Shown here in pieces: positions 59,356 through 64,000 of a DNA stretch of 64,000 nt. This stretch comes from Phormidium sp. GTDB lineage: Bacteria > Cyanobacteriota > Cyanobacteriia > Cyanobacteriales > Aerosakkonemataceae. Location of the stretch: assembly GCA_051013385.1 (NCBI GenBank), contig CP143273.1, positions 1,536,001 to 1,600,000 on the forward strand, written 5' to 3'. A program made the translations under genes and the position numbers. How positions within the stretch are numbered: the first letter of the stretch is position 1; every line of letters starts with the position of its first letter. The notes beneath the pieces were generated by a model. That model was given only the letters and a program-made list of their open reading frames with translations, did no database searches and was not told the origin of the DNA.

Positions 59356-59710
59356 TTAAACAAAGTTTAAATAGCTTTGGGTAACATTAGTAAAGTTGTA
59401 ATCACCTGGTAGGAATTTGCGGGAAAGGTAGGGGTGTACCTTGTTGAGTAATAAATGTGGTGGGAGTTAATCCTAAATCTTGGGCTAAATAATCAATCCA
59501 GTTTGGCCCATTGGAAAATCGACCATTGAAGTAGTAGGTAGGAAACTGTTGGGGAGAAGAGTTGTAAATATTACCAGAATCGGAAAGGCTATCACCAAAA
59601 ACATACATTTTACTGTAACTTAAATCGGCAGCCTGAGCAGCAGATTCTAAGACAGGAGTAAATGCGATCGCAACACTGGCACTAGCGACAAAAAGTTTCT
59701 GCCAACCCAT
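59356..59710 (-). pseudogene. Internally deleted, frameshifted secreted GDSL/SGNH hydrolase
   Basis: Signal peptide, FGDSLSD and GRFSNGPNW, then a stop. An overlapping frame continues PGDYNFTNVTQSYL, typical of the late GDSL region. GxND and DxxH are missing. Confidence 0.75.
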
Positions 59711-59837
59711 ATATTTTATATTTCCGAGTCTGAATTTATACTAATTTTTTATTTTAGGTGGTTAAGGTGTAAAATTTATGAAATTTCTGTAAATAATGAA
59801 AAAGTTAACCATTTTTCCAGAACGCGATCGGTGAAAG

Positions 59838-61526
59838 ATGTCTGAGAAATTTTTCTATCAACTATCGGCAGCGTTAGTGGGTGCAGCGATCGTAATGGTG
59901 CAACCGCAAATAGCTGTACCCCAAACACTCGATGAACAAGCGATCGCTAATCTCGCTAGACTTGCCACCGTCGTCATCAACGGTCAAAATCCAGGTTCAG
60001 GTGTGATTATTTCCCAACAAGGAAACACATACTATGTCTTAACTGCCAAGCACGTTGTCGCCACCCAAGACGAATACGAAATCGTTACCTCAGATGGCAT
60101 CAAACATCCCCTAAACTACAGCACCGTTAAAAAATTACCTGGAATAGACTTAGCACTAGTGCAGTTTACCAGTAATAAAAAATACTTAGTTGCTCCCGTA
60201 AGAGATTCTGACAAAGTAACTCAAGGAGAGACAATTTATATTTCCGGTTGGCCCCATCCCGGACAGGCAATTACCCAAAGGATCTTTCAGCTAACATCGG
60301 GGAAAATATCCGGGCGACCTTTGGAATCCTTAGAAGATGGCTATGGCTTAGTTTATACAAATATCACCCGTTCTGGGATGAGTGGTGGGCCCGTATTTGA
60401 TGGCAATGGAGTCGTGATTGGCATTCACGGAAGGGCGGATGGGGAACAAATTATTAATCCTGAAACTGGGCAAACTATTAATATCAAATCAGGGTTTAAT
60501 TTGGGAATTCCCATTAACACTTTTGTGAAATTCGCATCGCCACAGGGAATCAAATTACATTATTTTGGTGATAACTTCTTTGAAAATGAAGTACAAGTTC
60601 TCAGCGGACATAAAAATGCGGTTACTTCCGTAGAGATTGCCCCAGATAATCGGACTTTAGCCTCTGGAAGTTACGATACGACGATCAAGTTGTGGGATTT
60701 ACAAACAGGTAAATTACTGCGAACTCTCACCGGGCATTCTAACGTGGTGATAAAATTAGCGATCGCCCCAGATAATCGAACTTTAGCCTCTGCAAGTTCT
60801 GACAAAACAATCAAACTTTGGGATATGCAAACGGGCAAACTTTTACGAACTATCACCGGGCATTCAGATATAGTGCGATCGGTAGCTTTCAGTCCAGATG
60901 GTCAAACTTTAGCCAGTGGCAGCGATGACAAAACAATCAAGATTTGGAACTTAAATACAGGTCAATTGTTGCAAACTTTAGCGGATAGCGATCGCTATAA
61001 TCAAGGCTTTGTTGATTACGTGCATTTCAGCCCAGATGGACAAACAATAACCAGTGGAGAATTGCAAGGTTTGATTCGGTTGTGGAATGTTCAAACTGGC
61101 AAATTGCAGACTACCATACAAGACGATCGTATTTGTGCTGAGCGAGTATGGTGGGCATTAGCTCTCTCGCCTTTAGGAGAAAAAATTGCAGGTGTTTGTG
61201 ACAAGCAGGATACCCTAAAAGTCTGGGATACAAATACTGGGAAACTACTATATACAATTCAAAAAAATTCTCCTACTGCTATAGCAATTAACCCTTATGG
61301 TCAACTTCTCGCTGGTGTAGATTGGCAAGGAAACATCAATATTTGGAATTTATACAGCGGACAACTGTTGCGTAACAACCGATTACTAGATGCCGAAAAA
61401 GGGGATTATGCTCTTTTCACCTCTGTTGCTTTCAGTTCTGATGGACAAACTCTCGTTGCAGGTTCCAGAACTTTACCTGCATACTTAGGCCCCGGATACA
61501 TTTATGTTTTCCGACTATCGCGGTAG
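59838..61526 (+). CDS. Exported trypsin-like serine protease with WD40 repeats
   Basis: GSGVII, TAKHVV, DLALV and GMSGGP triad, then several GH...LASGS.D.TIKLWD units. Confidence 0.92.
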   Translation: MSEKFFYQLSAALVGAAIVMVQPQIAVPQTLDEQAIANLARLATVVINGQNPGSGVIISQQGNTYYVLTAKHVVATQDEYEIVTSDGIKHPLNYSTVKKLPGIDLALVQFTSNKKYLVAPVRDSDKVTQGETIYISGWPHPGQAITQRIFQLTSGKISGRPLESLEDGYGLVYTNITRSGMSGGPVFDGNGVVIGIHGRADGEQIINPETGQTINIKSGFNLGIPINTFVKFASPQGIKLHYFGDNFFENEVQVLSGHKNAVTSVEIAPDNRTLASGSYDTTIKLWDLQTGKLLRTLTGHSNVVIKLAIAPDNRTLASASSDKTIKLWDMQTGKLLRTITGHSDIVRSVAFSPDGQTLASGSDDKTIKIWNLNTGQLLQTLADSDRYNQGFVDYVHFSPDGQTITSGELQGLIRLWNVQTGKLQTTIQDDRICAERVWWALALSPLGEKIAGVCDKQDTLKVWDTNTGKLLYTIQKNSPTAIAINPYGQLLAGVDWQGNINIWNLYSGQLLRNNRLLDAEKGDYALFTSVAFSSDGQTLVAGSRTLPAYLGPGYIYVFRLSR

Positions 61527-61532
61527 CTATAT

Positions 61533-61585
61533 GTAGGGTGCGTATAGCCTGCGGCATTTAAGAAAAACGCCAGTGTAACGCACCA
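61533..61585. repeat. GTAGGGTGCG-family REP-like arm
   Basis: GTAGGGTGCGTATAGCCTGCGGCATTTAAGAAAA...TAACGCACCA. Confidence 0.65.
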
Positions 61586-61596
61586 TTCCAAAGTTT

Positions 61597-61758
61597 TAAG
61601 TAGGTAGATGTAAATAAAGTGAAAACCAAGCGGGCTCTCCTGCCCGCTCCACAAGAAAGCTGTAACTCTTGTGGGGCGGGCAGGAGAGCCCGCCTCATCC
61701 AAAGATAACGCCTCATCCAAAGATAACTATTATCACTTTATTTATTTGCATCTACTTA
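61597..61758. mobile_element. MITE with TAAGTAG...CTACTTA ends
   Basis: Imperfect inverted ends containing TAAATAAAGTGA, internal GCGGGC-TCTCCT-GCCCGC hairpins, and an 18-bp internal duplication CGCCTCATCCAAAGATAA. Confidence 0.7.
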
Positions 61759-61776
61759 ACAATACCAATCCCCAAT

Positions 61777-62886
61777 TTACTGCATTTGCAACAACACCTG
61801 TCGCAACACATCTGGGGGAACTTGATCTGTGACTGTCGCTTCCCCAATTCGCCTCGGTAAAACAAACCTAACTTTACCCGATTTCACCTTTTTATCAGTT
61901 TGCAAACAATCAATTATTTCCCCAATATCTAAACCTTCAGGCAACTTATTTGGTAAACCTGTTTTTTTAATTAACTCATTTTGTCGTTCCGTCGCTTCCT
62001 TACTCCACATCCGTAAATCTACAGCAATTTGACCTGCCGCTACCATACCAATTGCCACAGCTTCGCCATGATTTACTACTTTATAACCAGTCAAACTTTC
62101 CACAGCATGACCAATAGTATGACCGTAATTTAATAAAGCTCTTAAACCCGATTCTTTTTCATCTTTTCCAACTACGATCGCCTTAGCTTGGCAAGAATGG
62201 GTAAGGATAGTTTGCAACATTTCCTCACTCAAATAACGCAATTGGTCTAATTTTTCACATTCTTCCAACTTGGCAAACAAATCTGCATCCCAAATTACCC
62301 CATATTTAATTACTTCCGCCATGCCAGCCCGAAATTCTCTAGGCGGTAAAGTTTTCAAAACTTGCGGATCAATTAATACTAATCTCGGTTGATGAAACGC
62401 CCCAATTAAATTTTTCCCTTTAGGATGATTTACTCCGGTTTTCCCGCCAATTGCCGCATCTACCATCGCTAACAAACTGGTAGGAACTTGCACAAAGTTG
62501 ATTCCCCGTAGCCAGGTAGCAGCCGCAAAACCCGCCATATCGCCAATTACGCCGCCACCCAAAGCAACTATTGTTGAAGCACGTTCTAGGCGGTTTTCTA
62601 AGGCAGCATTGTAGATTTTGACGATCGAATTCAATGTTTTGTATTGTTCGCCAGCAGCGAGGTTAAGGGAAACTACCTCAAAGCCAGCATTAGTGAGAGA
62701 TTTAACCGCCCTTTCGCCGTAACGCTTAAAAATTGCCGGATTGGAAACTAGCAATACTTTTTCGCCCAAATTCAGCGGTTTGCTTTCCTTCCCGTTCATC
62801 CAATTGCCCAAATTGTCTAAACTTCCGGGTGCGATCGCTATTTCATAACGATTCTGCGGTAAATTAACATCAATAACGGATTGCAT
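61777..62886 (-). CDS. aroB: 3-dehydroquinate synthase
   Basis: [63 protein letters not shown]. Confidence 0.97.
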   Translation of the reverse strand: MQSVIDVNLPQNRYEIAIAPGSLDNLGNWMNGKESKPLNLGEKVLLVSNPAIFKRYGERAVKSLTNAGFEVVSLNLAAGEQYKTLNSIVKIYNAALENRLERASTIVALGGGVIGDMAGFAAATWLRGINFVQVPTSLLAMVDAAIGGKTGVNHPKGKNLIGAFHQPRLVLIDPQVLKTLPPREFRAGMAEVIKYGVIWDADLFAKLEECEKLDQLRYLSEEMLQTILTHSCQAKAIVVGKDEKESGLRALLNYGHTIGHAVESLTGYKVVNHGEAVAIGMVAAGQIAVDLRMWSKEATERQNELIKKTGLPNKLPEGLDIGEIIDCLQTDKKVKSGKVRFVLPRRIGEATVTDQVPPDVLRQVLLQMQ

Positions 62887-62920
62887 TATCTAAATCCTGA
62901 CCCAAATACGAGGAACAAAA

Positions 62921-63013
62921 ATGGCTGTAGTATCTTACGCGGTGATTTTGCTTGGCGCTTATGGAGTAGCCCTTGGCTTGTTTTTTGCTCTCAGAGCTAC
63001 CAAGCTAATCTAA
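62921..63013 (+). CDS. petL: Cytochrome b6f subunit PetL (30 aa)
   Basis: Manual translation MAVVSYAVILLGAYGVALGLFFALRATKLI, with RBS GAGG upstream and the PetL-type C-terminus L..L R..KLI. Divergent from aroB. Confidence 0.85.
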   Translation: MAVVSYAVILLGAYGVALGLFFALRATKLI

Positions 63014-63023
63014 AATTGAGAAA

Positions 63024-63359
63024 TGGGTACGTTGTTGTGCTTTAGCACTCTTGGGTACGTTGTTGTGCTTTAGCACTCTTGGGTACGTTGTTGTGCTTTA
63101 GCACTCTTGGGTACGTTGTTGTGCTTTAGCACTCTTGGGTACGTTGTTGTGCTTTAGCACTCTTGGGTACGTTGTTGTGCTTTAGCACTCTTGGGTACGT
63201 TGTTGTGCTTTAGCACTCTTGGGTACGTTGTTGTGCTTTAGCACTCTTGGGTACGTTGTTGTGCTTTAGCACTCTTGGGTACGTTGTTGTGCTTTAGCAC
63301 TCTTGGGTACGTTGTTGTGCTTTAGCACTCTTGGGTACGTTGTTGTGCTTTAGCACTCT
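63024..63359. repeat. Perfect tandem array, 12 x 28 bp (TGGGTACGTTGTTGTGCTTTAGCACTCT)
   Basis: Counted 12 identical units with no spacers, followed by one inverted partner arm GGACTAAAGTCCAACAACGTACC near 63376-63398. Confidence 0.95.
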
Positions 63360-63435
63360 ACCATTCTCGATCGGAGGACTAAAGTCCAACAACGTACCTA
63401 ATCTTAATCTCAATTAACACCATTAGCAACTTGGG

Positions 63436-64000
63436 TTAACTAGCTAACGCAGTTTTTCTGGCAGTTGCAGATGATAACTTTCTCTCTTCTGCCAGAAATT
63501 CTTTTACCTGTTTTTCTATTTCGTCACGCACAATTTGACGATATTCTAAAAAATGCTCGTTGTGAGCACAAACTGTTAAGTAATGTTCCCAAACTCCGGG
63601 ATTCCGTTTGATAATACTAAACAGGTGATGCCAGAATTTCCAGCGAGTTTTCCGTTTTATACCTTGTCGCCAAACTACAATTAACAGCGCCCGTAAATCT
63701 AACCAACTGGGCATTTTAAATTTAGCTTTTACTTTCGGCGCACCTAACATTAAAAAACAGCGATAATTCCGATCTAAAAACCGTTCCGCTTCGTACAAAT
63801 CCCAAAAAGCTTCTACATATTCCCTAGCAATATCTTCTAAGGGGCGAGTCGGAATAAAATTCATCAAAGTTGTTTGATTGATATTGCAATTTTGGTTGCG
63901 TAAACGTCCCTCTTTTTCTAATCTTTGCCACAAGGCTGTATTCGGTAAAGCTTGCAGCATTCCAAACATTACTGTAGGAATTCCGGTTTGTTCAGCAAAC
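63436..64000 (-). CDS. C-terminal part of a B12-binding radical SAM protein (DUF4070-like tail), runs off the window edge
   Basis: The frame is open to the edge (FAEQTGIPTVMFGMLQALPNTALW.RL.KEGRL...NFIPTRP...EHFLEYR). Confidence 0.8.
   Translation of the reverse strand, partial: FAEQTGIPTVMFGMLQALPNTALWQRLEKEGRLRNQNCNINQTTLMNFIPTRPLEDIAREYVEAFWDLYEAERFLDRNYRCFLMLGAPKVKAKFKMPSWLDLRALLIVVWRQGIKRKTRWKFWHHLFSIIKRNPGVWEHYLTVCAHNEHFLEYRQIVRDEIEKQVKEFLAEERKLSSATARKTALAS

Larger units (their letters stand above)
1..64000. repeat. HIP1 octamer GCGATCGC dispersed through the window
   Basis: Many copies seen in both genes and intergenic DNA (not counted exactly). Diagnostic of most cyanobacteria. Confidence 0.95.

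Noticed and set aside
63024..63359. CRISPR array
   Set aside because: The units are head-to-tail with no unique spacers.

Overview
Chromosomal window from a cyanobacterium, most likely a filamentous one: it is AT-rich, the HIP1 octamer GCGATCGC is frequent, and heptamer STRR tracts and REP/MITE-like repeats are abundant. Core genes include trpA, ndhL, tRNA-Leu(UAA) with a group I intron, larC, mraY, polA, rsmI, cysQ, uraD, era, aroB and a small petL missed by the ORF track. The most notable accessory content: (i) three adjacent hydrolases (PhoD-type phosphatase, GDSL/SGNH esterase, S8 subtilase) that each begin with 7, 4 and 3 copies of the same ~40-aa F-D-x2-F/Y-Y-x3-N-x-D...H-F-x3-G-x2-E-G-R repeat and lack a visible signal peptide, which is my best candidate for an under-described surface-display or sorting system; (ii) an HTH-NACHT gene upstream of a receiver protein with Asp replaced by Glu and a duplicated 25-bp motif, interrupted by an intact tnpB-only IS200/IS605 element with IS608-like ends; (iii) an orphan 2-spacer CRISPR array whose last repeat is split by nested miniature elements; (iv) a perfect 12 x 28-bp tandem amplification of a REP-like arm; (v) two c-di-GMP sensor enzymes, one with an ethylene-receptor-like input and one a Cph2-type phytochrome. 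All family names come from motif recognition and recall. No database searches were run.
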